Source: an uncultured Thermoplasmata archaeon (lineage in GTDB: Archaea; Thermoplasmatota; Thermoplasmata; Lutacidiplasmatales; UBA184). From it: DNA of 64,000 nucleotides. Position 1 is the stretch's first letter. Every line of letters starts with the position of its first letter. The notes below the pieces were generated by a model. The model saw only the letters and a list, made by a program, of their open reading frames with translations, was not told the origin of the DNA and searched no databases. The stretch spans positions 401,979-465,978 of the forward strand of contig CAWISZ010000004.1 of assembly GCA_963838955.1 (NCBI GenBank). The letters run 5' to 3'. The position numbers and the translations under genes were made by a program. Below are positions 10,424-21,051 of the stretch, one piece after another.

Positions 10424-10840
10424 CTACGCCTTGGGGATCCCTGCGCAGTGGCCGACGCGGACCGAAGGGTCCGGACGCCAGACGAGCTCGATCCGGATCC
10501 CATCGGGTCCCCGCAAGTAGAGCGAGCGCGAGTCCTCGCGCTCTTTTTCGCCCATGATCACGACGCGAGAGCGCTGCACTCGGCTCTTGAGCCCCGTCCA
10601 CTCGCTGACGCGCAACGCGAGGTGATCGACGCCGCCGACAGTCTCTTTGTCCTTGGCGTCGTGGAGCCCGAGCACTTGGTCCCCGAACATGAGGTAGGTG
10701 TGGTCCTCGCCGTCGCCGAGGAGGTCCATGCCCATCTGCTCCACGAAGAACCGCCGAGCCTTCTCCCGATTCTTGACCCGAATGTCGATGTGGTCGAAGC
10801 CCATCAACCCAAATTCGCGTAGATGAGTCCTCGGTGGCAT
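10424..10840 (-). CDS. VOC/glyoxalase family protein
   Basis: FDHIDIRV, VDHLALRV, LYLRGPDGIRIEL. Confidence 0.85.
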   Translation of the reverse strand: MPPRTHLREFGLMGFDHIDIRVKNREKARRFFVEQMGMDLLGDGEDHTYLMFGDQVLGLHDAKDKETVGGVDHLALRVSEWTGLKSRVQRSRVVIMGEKEREDSRSLYLRGPDGIRIELVWRPDPSVRVGHCAGIPKA

Positions 10841-10941
10841 CGATCTCTCCGTCCCGACCGAGGACGGGGTGGTATTTGGGACCTCTGCCGGCGCTGGATC
10901 GGGGCCGAGGACGGCCCGCCGCCCCGGAATGTGGGTCGCCT

Positions 10942-13900
10942 TCACCCCGGAGGCGGCGGACGTCGGCGTGTGAGCACGATCCCGGCGACTATCGCGATCG
11001 CGATCACCACCCCGGCGAGCGCGAGGACCTCGATGATCCACAGCGGGTAGGACGACGACCCAGAACCCGGCGCCGAGAACTGGATCTGCAGGCTCACGTT
11101 CGATCCGCTGACCCGAACCGAGCCGGAGGGCGGAGCGACCCGGTACATCGCGGTCGTACCAGCCGTGAAGAGGTAGGTGCCGTTCGTTGCGAGGAACGCG
11201 ATGCGGGTGCTGTTGGAGGTATAGTTCGCTCCACCTGTGATGTTCACGAACCATAAGGTGCCGGTCGCCAGCCCGGCGGCCTCGAACGAGACCGAGTACT
11301 CCACGAGAGAGAAGGTGATGTTGACCGGGATGGAATCGTTCGCCACCGTCACGACGCCCGTTCCCGGTTGCGGTGCCCACTCGGTCAACGAGGAGCGCAC
11401 GCCGTAGGTGTACCTCCCGTTCGTGACGTGGAGCGTGATCTGGGGGAGCGTCGTGGTGACGTTCTGTCCGCTCCCGAGGAAGACGATCCACTCGATCCCT
11501 CCGGGTAAGCCGGTCTCGGAGAACACGACCGACCCCGGGAGAGCTTGGAAGGGGATCGGGACCGCCCGGGAAGCTCCGTCGATCGTGACGGTCCCGTTCG
11601 ACTGGAACGGTGCCCAGAGCGGATCCGGCGTCGAGACGTTGTACTCGAACGTGCCCGACGGCAACGGCACGCTGATCGTCGACGTAGTGGAAGAGTAGCT
11701 TTGCCCGTGGCTGATGTTCACGAACCATAGGGTCCCGGCCGGCAGACCGACCGCCGTGAAATTCGCGATGTACTGCACCGCCGGCTCGTAGGAGAGCACC
11801 CCTTGGATCGAGTTGCCCGGGGAGAGGCCCAGGGTCCAGTTGCCCGGGGAACCGCTCGTCCAGTCGAGATTCTCGGCGTCCTCGCCCGTCTGATCGATCG
11901 ACGAGTAGAACGAGCGCGTGCTGGCGGTCTCGAACGTCGTGCTCCCATACGGCTGGACCCGGGCCTCCATCGAGCCGGCCGTGGGGGCGACGAACTGCCC
12001 GAGGCCTCCGGTCGGTCCGCCGACGAGGCCGAACTGCGGCGAGAGGCCCCCGGGAAGGGGGTTTCCCGGATACGGTCCGTTCTCGCGCTCCGTGCCCTGC
12101 CAGGAGTAGTTGTACCACAGGCTCCCGATGATGTACGACGCGCCCGGCACCGGCAAGGAGAGCTCCTGCGAGCCCACGAAGTACTGAATGCTCTGGTTGT
12201 TGAAGCCGACGCCGGGATCGAGCACCGTCCGAAGATCGAACGTCGCCGGTAACGACACCACGTGACCGACGAGCGGGTAGTTGTACTCGTAGATCACGAG
12301 TGTGTAGTACAGGCCGTAGAACGGGTAGGCGACCCAACCGGTGTAATTCATCGCCCAGCCGCTCGCCGTCCAGTTGATGTAGATCACGTTCTGGACCCAG
12401 TAGATCGGCGCGCCGAGACTGTTCGCAATGAAGAAGTTCTGCTGGATCGAGGCGTTGAAGAACGACAGGCTTCCCTGCGAGGTGACCCCGAGGCCGTCGA
12501 GCGTGAAGTTGTTCTCGACGCCCGAAAGCCGTCCGTTCACCCCGGCGGAGGCGACCGGGAGGAAGTACATCGTGTAGTTGTACGCGTCGAGCGACCCCCA
12601 CCCGGTGACGAGGTCGTAGCCCGGGCCGGCGGCGTAGTAGTGGTTCGAGCCGTTGACCGTGTCCGAGAGCGGGAGCGTGGGCAGGGGGGAGGTGTACAGC
12701 GAGCCGTTCACGTACCCGATCGTCGGCGTGGTCACGAGGGGCGCGTACTGCGCGTCGGCGAGCTGGTAGAGCTTCGGTTGGAGGAATCCGAGCCACGGAT
12801 CGTGTTGCGCGCCGAGGGCGTGATCGATCTCCGCGATCACGCCGGCCTCGACCGGGCACGCGACGCTGGTCCCGATCCCCTCGCCGTAGAGCATGCCGAT
12901 CGACGAGGCGTTCGTCGCGTTGTACCGGTAGCCGACGTAGGTGATGGTCAGTAACACGTGGGTCGCGATCGCGGCGATATCCGGGACCCCCCGGCCGAGG
13001 CCGCCGATCCGGGCGTTCGCGGAGCTCGACAGCTGCCAGGACGGTTCCGCATAGAACGGACTGATCCCGCTCGTCGTCCCCGTCTGTTCTGCCGGGACGT
13101 TCCACACCGTGCTCGAGTTGAGCTGCAGCGTGAGCGCGTTCAGGGTGATTGCCGTGCCCCCGACCGCCACGACCCCGTAGGTGTCGGTCGCGAGCGAGGA
13201 GGGGAACGTCGTGTTCACGTCCGGGGGGTTGCCAACCTGCCAGGGACTGTTCGGATAGTCCCCCGAGTCTCCCGAGGATGCGAGGACCGTGATGCCGCGC
13301 GCCGTGGCCTCCTCGACGTACTGGTTCCACTCGGGGTGGACCGCATCGAGATCGCCCCAGGAGTTGGAGATCACCGAGACGTGCGCGAGCGCCGGGTAGC
13401 TCGCGTTCGGGTTCAGGATGAACGCAAAGGCGGCGTCGAGCTCGGGATACGTCGGGGTGGTTCCGTACACGTCGAACACCGTAGCTCCCGGGGCGAGCGA
13501 GCCGGCCATCTCCATGTCGATCGTGTTCTCGGTGTTCGCTCCCGTCGTATCGGTACGAGGCGAGCGGGCCGGAGGGCGAGGCGCCCCCGACCGGAACGGG
13601 GATGGCGACGGCGTGCGGCTGACCCGGCGGCGAGGTCTGGTTGAAGTACGCGGCGATGTCCGACGGCACGAAGGCGCCGACCGGCTGCCCCGGGCTCAGT
13701 TCCCCGTACGGGGTGCTGATGGGGGTCGAGCCGTTGTAATACCCCTGCCACAGGATCGTGGCGATCACCGCATCGGTGGGATACCCCTCCTCGAGGAAGA
13801 GCGACTGCTCGTCGTACGCGACTTGGAGGTCGGGGCCGTACTGGTACTGGGAACCCTGGATCTCGGCGGGGGAAAGGTAGCCGAAAGGGCTGGCCGCTCG

Positions 13901-14629
13901 AACGGCCGGAGGGGGAGGCGGCGAGGCCATCATCGGGACCACGCCCGAGCCGGACGAACTGGACGCTACGGCGAACGAGCTGAGACCCACCACCGCCGAC
14001 ACGGCCGGCGCGAGCTCTGCCGGAAGCTCGACCGCGGTGGCTGGAGCGTAGTAGGCTCGTCCGTGGAAGCTCCACTCGCCGATCGTCGTGCCGAACATGC
14101 GGTCGGCCGCGGAGGGCGACGCATCGAAGGAGATCGTCACTCGGTCGGCGTAGGTCCGCACGTCGTGGGCTCCGAGAGCCTCGAAGTACGCGACCGCGCC
14201 CGAGTACGTCGCTTGCGAGGGCGCAAATGCGTCGTCAAACTGGCTCGCCGTAAGATAGTGCTGGTACTCGGGAGAGGATGGATCGCTCAGGGCGACCAGC
14301 AGACGGGCGAGCTCGCTCGCGTTGGAGTCGCCGAGGGTGACGAGGATGGGGAGCGTGGCCGGGAGCGTCCCTCCGGTCGGCACCGCACCGGCGAGGCCGT
14401 ATCCTGCCTCCGAGTACGCCGCCGGGACGTAGGACTCGTTGACCAGCGCCGCGACCGACGGAAGCGCCGCGACCGATCCGTTCCCGACGGTCATCGCCGT
14501 GATCCCGCGACCCCCCACCGCGCCGGCAGCGAGCGGGCACGTGAGGAGCACCGCGATCGCGATCGCCGGCCAGATCCGTCGGAGCCGCGCCGGGGCCGGC
14601 CGCGGGCCGGGCGCGAGGGACCGGTGCAT
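10942..14629 (-). CDS. Secreted S53 (sedolisin/kumamolisin) protease with pro-domain, thermopsin-like domain, beta-sandwich repeats and C-terminal anchor; frameshift near 13553
   Basis: Signal peptide; pro-domain DPSSPEYQHYLT; after removing one base, ENTID (Glu/Asp), ASSGDSG, GTSVACP (Ser), GYDLVTGWGS; then SIQQN...YWVQNV; TM plus RRR. Confidence 0.85.
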
Positions 14630-14678
14630 CGGAGGACGTACTAACACGCACCGTGCTTAAGCCATCCCGAACGGGCTG

Positions 14679-15827
14679 TCACGCCCGTTCGCGGGGAGCT
14701 TTCCAGATCCGTCGTGCCGCCACGAGATGCAGTACTTCGGAGGGACCGTGCGCGATCGGACCGCTGCGGACGTCGCGCCAGCGTTGCCCGTGGGCAAGGG
14801 TCTCCGAGTATCCCCGCCCTCCGTGGAATTGGATCGCATGATCGATCGTTCGGAGCGCGATGTCGGTGCTCATCCATTTCGCCAGCGCCGCCTCGGCGTC
14901 TACCCGCTCGCCGGCCTCGAAGCGCTCGAGCGCGCGCACGGCGTATAGGTACGCCGCCTCCGCCTGAGCCCCGTCCTCCACGAGGGGGAAGGAGACGGCC
15001 TCGTTGCGAGCGAGCGGGCCCCCGAACACGTTCCGTTCATCGGCGTAGCGCACCGTCTCCTCCCAGGAGGCACGTGCCACCCCGAGGTAGATCGCCGCGA
15101 GGAGCGCCCGCTCCCGGGTGAGCTCCGAGCGGACGTACTCGAAGGCGTGGCCCTCCTCGCCGATCCGCATCGAGGCGGGGACCCGGACCGCCTCGTAGGC
15201 GATCGTTCCGCGACGCATCCAGCGCTCTCCGAGATCGGGAATCACGCTCCGATGGATTCCCGCGAGGTCCTGGGGGACCACGAGGGCCGTCAGGCCCGAC
15301 TCGTCGCCGACTCTCCCGTAGACGATCGCGGCATCCGCGTCCTGGGCGAATGCGGCCTCGCTCTTCGTCCCGTGGAGCACGTAGTCCCTTCCGCTGCGCT
15401 CGAAGCGCATCCCCATGGCACCCGCGTCCGCGCCGGCCCCGGGTTCGGTGAGCTGGTTGGCGATCAGCACCTCGCCGCGAACGAGCGGGAGGAAGTATCG
15501 GTCGACGAGCTCTCGCGCACCGTGCTCGGCGATGATGCTGGAGAATTCGGGCTGCAGGGAAAGCTTGGCGAACGTGGTCCCGCCCCGGTACGCGAGATGG
15601 AACAGCGCGGCCGCGACCCGCGGTAGCGGCAGACCGCGTCCCCCCAGGGACGGTGCGACGTGGAGCCCGAGGAGCCGCGCCTCTCCGAGCGCACGGAACT
15701 CGGCCCGCGGAAACTCCGGGGTCCGGTCGAGCTCGCGATAGCGCGTTGCGAGGTGGAGCCGCTCGGCGATCTGGGCGATCTCCTGCGCGAGCGGCTCGGA
15801 CGGCAGCGCGGGAAGTTCGACGGTCAT
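14679..15827 (-). CDS. Acyl-CoA dehydrogenase
   Basis: LTEPGAGAD, LHGTK, AIQFHGGRGY, RDVR, HGPSEV. Confidence 0.9.
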   Translation of the reverse strand: MTVELPALPSEPLAQEIAQIAERLHLATRYRELDRTPEFPRAEFRALGEARLLGLHVAPSLGGRGLPLPRVAAALFHLAYRGGTTFAKLSLQPEFSSIIAEHGARELVDRYFLPLVRGEVLIANQLTEPGAGADAGAMGMRFERSGRDYVLHGTKSEAAFAQDADAAIVYGRVGDESGLTALVVPQDLAGIHRSVIPDLGERWMRRGTIAYEAVRVPASMRIGEEGHAFEYVRSELTRERALLAAIYLGVARASWEETVRYADERNVFGGPLARNEAVSFPLVEDGAQAEAAYLYAVRALERFEAGERVDAEAALAKWMSTDIALRTIDHAIQFHGGRGYSETLAHGQRWRDVRSGPIAHGPSEVLHLVAARRIWKAPRERA

Positions 15828-17137
15828 CGGCTCGCCCGCTTCGGCGTGCGTCGCATCGCCCCGGTCCGGCGCGGAGGCTCGGCCCCGACGATGCCCGCGC
15901 GCACGAGCCCGCGCACCCGGAACTTCGAGTAGCCGAGCCCGCGCACGAGGATCCGCTCGTTGTCCTGGCCCAGCCACGGTGCTCCCCGCCAGACCGCTCC
16001 CGGGGTGTCGCTGAACTTCGGCGCGATCCCGGACCCACGGACGGGCCCCGCGATGGGATCTTCCCAGTCGAGCAGCATCCCCCGGGCCCGGAAGTGGGGA
16101 TCCTGGGCGATGTCGGCGATATCGTACACTCGGGTCACCGCGATATCGTGGCGTCGGCCCAGCGCCTCGAGCTGGGCGCGCGTCCTCGTTCGGCAGAACC
16201 TCGCGATCGCTCGATCGACGGGGCTTCGGTGGGCCGTCCGGTAGCTCGTGTCATCGTACTTGGGATCGGTGAATCCGATCATCCGCTTGAGCCGGAGGTA
16301 CGCATCGGTGTTCGGAGCCGCGACGACGACCCACCCGTCTCTCGCTCGCTGGACGTCGTACGGATGCAGGCGGGCGTGCGCCGAGCCGTGCCGGCCTCGG
16401 ACCACCCCGCGCGCAAAATAGTCGAGCGCGAGGTTTTCCAAGAGCGTGAAGGCGATCTCGTACTGGGCGACGTCGATCGATTGGCCCCGCCCGGTGCGCT
16501 GGGCCTGGATGTAGCCCATCAGGGCGGCACCGGCCGCCCCGAGGCCCGTCAGGGTGTCGTTGAGGGCGGTCCCCGCGCGCATCGGCGGCGCCGGGTCGGG
16601 CTCCCCCTGGAGGGAGAGGTAGCCGCTGAAGGCTTGGGCGGTGAGGTCGTATGACGGGGCCCCGACGCGCTCCGGGTCGCCCGTCCGGCCGAACCCCGAG
16701 ACGTGGACGATCGTCAGGCGCGGATTGACCCGGTGAACCGTCCGATCCGAGAGCCGAAGCTTGTCGTACGTGCCGGGCCGGGAGGACTCGATCCAGATGT
16801 CCGCGCGACGGAGGAGATCGAGAAAGACCCGGCGACCGGCCGGTCGGCGTAGGTCGAGACCCAGGGAGAGCTTGTTGCGGGCGTACTGCACCCACGACTC
16901 GGAGATCTGCTCCTCGGGCGGTCGACCCGGCGGGATCATCGGGACGAGCGTACGCGTGGGGTCGGAGTACGGGAAGTGGAAGGGCGGCCCCTCGACATGG
17001 ATCACCTCGGCGCCGAACTCTCCGAGATGCGTCGATGCCCAGGGTCCGGCGACGAAGCGGGCGGAGTCGAGCACCCGGATCCCCGCGAGGGGCCCATAGG
17101 CCGGGACGAGCGGACGCGCGCGAAGGCTACGACCCAT
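15824..17137 (-). CDS. CaiB/BaiF family III CoA-transferase
   Basis: PLAGIRVLD, AGPW, FGAEVIHVE, RNKLSLGLDL, SGFGRTG, YD, GRGQSIDVA. Confidence 0.93.
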   Translation of the reverse strand: MGRSLRARPLVPAYGPLAGIRVLDSARFVAGPWASTHLGEFGAEVIHVEGPPFHFPYSDPTRTLVPMIPPGRPPEEQISESWVQYARNKLSLGLDLRRPAGRRVFLDLLRRADIWIESSRPGTYDKLRLSDRTVHRVNPRLTIVHVSGFGRTGDPERVGAPSYDLTAQAFSGYLSLQGEPDPAPPMRAGTALNDTLTGLGAAGAALMGYIQAQRTGRGQSIDVAQYEIAFTLLENLALDYFARGVVRGRHGSAHARLHPYDVQRARDGWVVVAAPNTDAYLRLKRMIGFTDPKYDDTSYRTAHRSPVDRAIARFCRTRTRAQLEALGRRHDIAVTRVYDIADIAQDPHFRARGMLLDWEDPIAGPVRGSGIAPKFSDTPGAVWRGAPWLGQDNERILVRGLGYSKFRVRGLVRAGIVGAEPPRRTGAMRRTPKRASR

Positions 17138-17225
17138 GGCCTCCGTGTCGGCACCGATTCCTTAACATGCGAGGTTCACCACGGAACCCTGCCGACCAAA
17201 TACCACCCGCCGGCTTCCTGCGCCG

Positions 17226-17966
17226 ATGAGCGAGGCGCCCTGGGTCCGGTTCGAGGGAGAGCGTTTCCGAGATGAGCTGACCAAGTTCAAGATGGAGAAC
17301 CACCCGTTCCATACCCACCCGTTCTTCTCCGCCGTCGAGAAGGGCGAGGCCCCGAGATCGCTCGTCCAGGCGTGGGTCCAGCAGTTCTACCCGTGGCTCG
17401 CGAGCGTGCCGATCGCGATGGCGGAGCGGTTCGCCCGGGTCGGCTGGGAACCGGCGAACGATCGGTTCCGGCGGATGGTGCTCGATCAGCTGGTCGAGGA
17501 GGCGGGAGATCCGAAGGGCCACGAGCCCGGGCACCCGGAGCTCTGGCTGCGGTTCTGCGAGGGCATGGGGGTCCCGCGCGCGAAGGTCCAGGCCGCACCC
17601 CTCCTTCCGAGCACGATGGTGGCGATCGACGATTTCCTCTACACGAATCGGGAGAACCCGTTCTACGTCTCCGCGGCGGGCTCCTCCGAGCCCCCCAACG
17701 TCGATCTCTGCGCCCGCCTGCTTCCCGCGTTCCGCTCGCACTACGGCGTGAAGGAGAACCACCTCGAGTACGATCGCCTCCACGTCACGGCCGACGTGGA
17801 GCACAGCCGGTGGGTCGGCGAGATCGTCGCCGCCTTCGCGAACACTCCTGAGGTCCGCCGCCAGATGTGGGACCAGATGCTCCGCGGGTTCTCGCTCCAC
17901 GCCCTCCTCGTGGACGGCGTCGTCGCGCAGGCGTCGGCGAAGGGCCCGGCCCAACGCGCGACGTAG
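17226..17966 (+). CDS. Heme-oxygenase-like iron redox enzyme (PqqC/TenA/CADD family)
   Basis: HPF, EEAG...HPELWLRF..GMG, LHVTADVEH metal-ligand pattern. Confidence 0.8.
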   Translation: MSEAPWVRFEGERFRDELTKFKMENHPFHTHPFFSAVEKGEAPRSLVQAWVQQFYPWLASVPIAMAERFARVGWEPANDRFRRMVLDQLVEEAGDPKGHEPGHPELWLRFCEGMGVPRAKVQAAPLLPSTMVAIDDFLYTNRENPFYVSAAGSSEPPNVDLCARLLPAFRSHYGVKENHLEYDRLHVTADVEHSRWVGEIVAAFANTPEVRRQMWDQMLRGFSLHALLVDGVVAQASAKGPAQRAT

Positions 17967-17996
17967 GGCGGCTCCGTCCTACCGGACCTCGCGACG

Positions 17997-18800
17997 ATGC
18001 CGCCCTCCCGAGCCTCGCCGGCGATCTGGGTACAGCTGACCCAAGCGCTCGTGGCGCGGGAACTCGTCGACACCTTCGGCCTGCCGGCCCGACGGGCCGC
18101 CGAACTCCTCGGACTCGCCCCGTCGGCGATCTCCCAGTACCTGTCGGGCAAACGGCTGCGCGGTCCACTCGCCCACGCGAGCACGCACGAAGAGGTCCGC
18201 CGCATCGCGCGCGTCGTGGCCCAGCGTCTCGTCGCGGCCGACCACCCGACCGATATCGCCCCGGGCCTCCTGCTCGAGGCGGCCCGGGAACTATCGTCCG
18301 CGGGCCGGCCGGCACGGGCGATCCCGCCCGCCGCAGCGGGCGAAGGAGCACCGGCGCATCCGGCGAACCGAGAGTTCGCGCGATTCCTCCGCGCACGCAT
18401 CACGCTCGAACAGACGGCCGTCGCGGACTGCATGCGTCTCGCCCAGAAATCGCGCGATGAACTGACGCGTGCGATCTTCCGACAGGTCGCCTCCGACAGC
18501 CTGCGCCATGCGGAGATCGTGGCGTCGATCGCGTCGTACCTGGAGCGCGGGATGCATCGCACGGTCGCTACGGGCATCACCCGAACCGATGTGGAGCGGC
18601 TCATCGCCAAGGAGCACGAGGCCGAATCGAAGACGGCGCCCGGCCTTGCGACCGAGCTCGGAGGAGTCCTCGCCCTCCTGTGGGAAAGCATGGAGGCCGA
18701 CGAGCGCAAGCACGAAGTTCTCCTGGCGCGGCTGCTCCAGACCGGGCTGCCACCGCCGACGACGGGACCCTCCGCGAGGCGCTCGGCGCGACGCCGCTGA
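17997..18800 (+). CDS. HTH transcriptional regulator fused to a ferritin-like domain
   Basis: AAELLGLAPSAISQYLSGKR HTH; DSLRH and DERKH ferritin-like motifs. Confidence 0.7.
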   Translation: MPPSRASPAIWVQLTQALVARELVDTFGLPARRAAELLGLAPSAISQYLSGKRLRGPLAHASTHEEVRRIARVVAQRLVAADHPTDIAPGLLLEAARELSSAGRPARAIPPAAAGEGAPAHPANREFARFLRARITLEQTAVADCMRLAQKSRDELTRAIFRQVASDSLRHAEIVASIASYLERGMHRTVATGITRTDVERLIAKEHEAESKTAPGLATELGGVLALLWESMEADERKHEVLLARLLQTGLPPPTTGPSARRSARRR

Positions 18801-18844
18801 GCCCCGACACGGGAGCCCGAGAGGACGGTCCCGCCGCCGGTCCG

Positions 18845-19909
18845 CTACGGGCGGATCCGCTCGAGCGAGAGGAAGCGGACCTCGCCGTTCGCTCGGACCG
18901 CGGCGAGCAGGAACTCTTTGCGGACGCCCTGCGCCACCCGGACACCGCCGGAGATCTCGGGCCAGGAGGAGACGTGCTGGTCGCGGACCGCGCGCAGGAG
19001 GTACCGCGCATGCGAGTGCTCCGGGCTGCGTGGGTAGGCCCGGAAGTGCGCGCCGTACTTGAAGCCGGTTTTGACGACGAGGCCGCGCCCCCGCAACGCC
19101 GTGTACGCCGCGAGCCGTTCGGCGAAGTGCGGATCGAGCCGACGCGCGCGCCGGTGCAGACGGTCCTCGGAGACCGCACGACGGCTGGCCCCATCGCGTA
19201 CCAGGATCTGGCCGCTGTCGGCGAGGTACGCCGCCTCGATCAGGCTGAGCTCGAGCCGGTCCCCCAGCTTGCTTCCGTAGGCGAGGGAGCGCCCGAGCTC
19301 GTCCACGGCCCGCTCGTCGAACACGACGACCCGATCGTGGGAGAGCCACGCTTGCGCCGGCGTGCCGAGCCGGTGCGCGGGAAGCGCCCCGCGGGGCGAG
19401 GGACGGCGCACTCGGTAGTACGTCAGGTCCGACTCCTCATCGACGACCCCGAGGAGGAGCGTCTTCTTCGCGCTCGAGGCTCGCTCCGCGAGCTCGAACA
19501 GGTGGGCGAGATCGAACGGAGCGCGCTCGCTGATCGCTTCGATCCAGAATCGGGACGGCGTCTTGTTCAACACCCCGCCGCGGGGAAGGACTGTGAAGGC
19601 GACCGGAGGCGGGCTCGCGCGGACCACGTAGCCCCGCTGGCGGAGGTCCCGGTAGACCAGATAGCGGACCCCGAAGACCGGATCGTGGCGCGCGGAGCGT
19701 CGGAACACCTCGGGCCACGGAAGAGGTCGCGAGCGCGCGTCCACCCCCACCAGTCGCCCCATCTCGGCGAGGTAGACGCTGTCGTAGCGATCGAGCCCGA
19801 GGCCTCCGTTGGAGTCCGGAGTTCCGAAGTAGCCGCGTCCGTAGGTGGCGCTCGCTTCCGCGGGGTCCGAGATCCGGATCGTGCCGTCGGCCGCCACCCG
19901 GCCCGTCAC
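18845..19909 (-). CDS. endA: tRNA-splicing endonuclease, two-repeat (alpha2-type)
   Basis: Two repeats (YRDLRQRGYVV; YTALRGRGLVVKTGFKYGAHFRAY) with catalytic Y, H (HSHA) and K (VRK). Confidence 0.93.
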   Translation of the reverse strand: MTGRVAADGTIRISDPAEASATYGRGYFGTPDSNGGLGLDRYDSVYLAEMGRLVGVDARSRPLPWPEVFRRSARHDPVFGVRYLVYRDLRQRGYVVRASPPPVAFTVLPRGGVLNKTPSRFWIEAISERAPFDLAHLFELAERASSAKKTLLLGVVDEESDLTYYRVRRPSPRGALPAHRLGTPAQAWLSHDRVVVFDERAVDELGRSLAYGSKLGDRLELSLIEAAYLADSGQILVRDGASRRAVSEDRLHRRARRLDPHFAERLAAYTALRGRGLVVKTGFKYGAHFRAYPRSPEHSHARYLLRAVRDQHVSSWPEISGGVRVAQGVRKEFLLAAVRANGEVRFLSLERIRP

Positions 19910-20451
19910 ACAGAGGCTCCCCGCAGTTCCGAGAGGGTCGTCAACGCTTCGAGGCGGACCCCGAGCTCGGCGAGTCGCTCCCGGGCTCCCTCCTCGCGCT
20001 CCACGACCACGATAGCCCGATCCACGAACGCGCCGGCCGCGCGGAGGATCTCGATCGACTGGACGAGGCTACCTCCCGTCGTCGCGGTGTCCTCGATGAG
20101 GAGAACGCGTGCGCCGCGGGGAACCTCTCCTTCGAAGCGCTGGCGGGTGCCGTGCTCCTTCGCGGCCTTGCGGAGGACGATCATCGGGAGGCCGAGCCGC
20201 AGGGACGTCGCGACGACGAGCGGCACCGCGCCGAGCTCCATACCGGCGAGTCGCTGCTCGCCGGCGACCCGCGCCGCCAGCGCCCGGGCGAGGAGGTCGA
20301 GGCGCGCCGGATCGGTCCACGCCTTCTTCACGTCGATATAGACGTCGGACTTTCGTCCCGACGTGAGGGTGAAGTCGCCGAAGCGGACGGCGCCCGCCTC
20401 GAGCAGGACGCGCCGCACCTCTTCGGCCGGCGGTGCTTGATCGTCCGTCAC
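19906..20451 (-). CDS. pyrE: Orotate phosphoribosyltransferase
   Basis: FGDFTLTSGRKSDVYID, RKAAKEHG, VLLIEDTATTGGS PRPP motif. Confidence 0.95.
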   Translation of the reverse strand: MTDDQAPPAEEVRRVLLEAGAVRFGDFTLTSGRKSDVYIDVKKAWTDPARLDLLARALAARVAGEQRLAGMELGAVPLVVATSLRLGLPMIVLRKAAKEHGTRQRFEGEVPRGARVLLIEDTATTGGSLVQSIEILRAAGAFVDRAIVVVEREEGARERLAELGVRLEALTTLSELRGASV

Positions 20452-21038
20452 CAGGGCACCTTCTTTAGACCGGCGTGGTAGCCGATCCAGTTGAACAGCG
20501 CGTGCAGCCCCAGCGTCAGTATGACGAGCCATATGACCGCTTCCCAGTTCCCAAACACGGCCCAGAAGAGCCCCGTGTTGAACGCGAATCCGAGGCCGAT
20601 CGGGACGAGCACGAACGGGAACTGATCGAGAAAGAGCGTGCGAGCGCCGCTCGGGCGGTCCATGCGCCGCTTGATGAACGATCCAATCGCATCGCCCGTC
20701 ATGGCGCCGTAGGCAATCATGACCGCGAGCGGGATCGCGGCGAGGACACTGGGGGCCAGCACGGGCACGACGGCCCAGTTCGGAGGAGCGAGCAAGATCA
20801 GCCACGCCTCGAGCACTCCGACCGCGCTGCCGACCGCGCCGCCGACCAGGAATCCCGACCAAGTCTTCGACGGTCCGAACAGGCGTCGACCGTCCCGCGG
20901 CCAGACGCGGCCGAAATCCATGGGGGGCCCGGCTCCCCGCGGCAGCGTCGCGGTCGCATTCGCCACGAACGCCGGGAGAAGCACCCATACGACCGCTCCC
21001 CCGGCTCCGAGGAAGTCGTTGAGGAAGTTGGAGTCCAC
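20448..21038 (-). CDS. carS: CDP-archaeol synthase
   Basis: PAFVAN, PMDFGR..DGRRLFGPSKTWSG, GDAIGSFIKRR, LDQ, GLKKVPW. Confidence 0.93.
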   Translation of the reverse strand: MDSNFLNDFLGAGGAVVWVLLPAFVANATATLPRGAGPPMDFGRVWPRDGRRLFGPSKTWSGFLVGGAVGSAVGVLEAWLILLAPPNWAVVPVLAPSVLAAIPLAVMIAYGAMTGDAIGSFIKRRMDRPSGARTLFLDQFPFVLVPIGLGFAFNTGLFWAVFGNWEAVIWLVILTLGLHALFNWIGYHAGLKKVPW

Positions 21039-21051
21039 GGTTCCCGCCTCG

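Noticed and set aside
10424..14647. 1407-aa ORF as a single protein
   Set aside because: Chimera of the S53 N-terminus, an off-frame stretch and the separate VOC gene.
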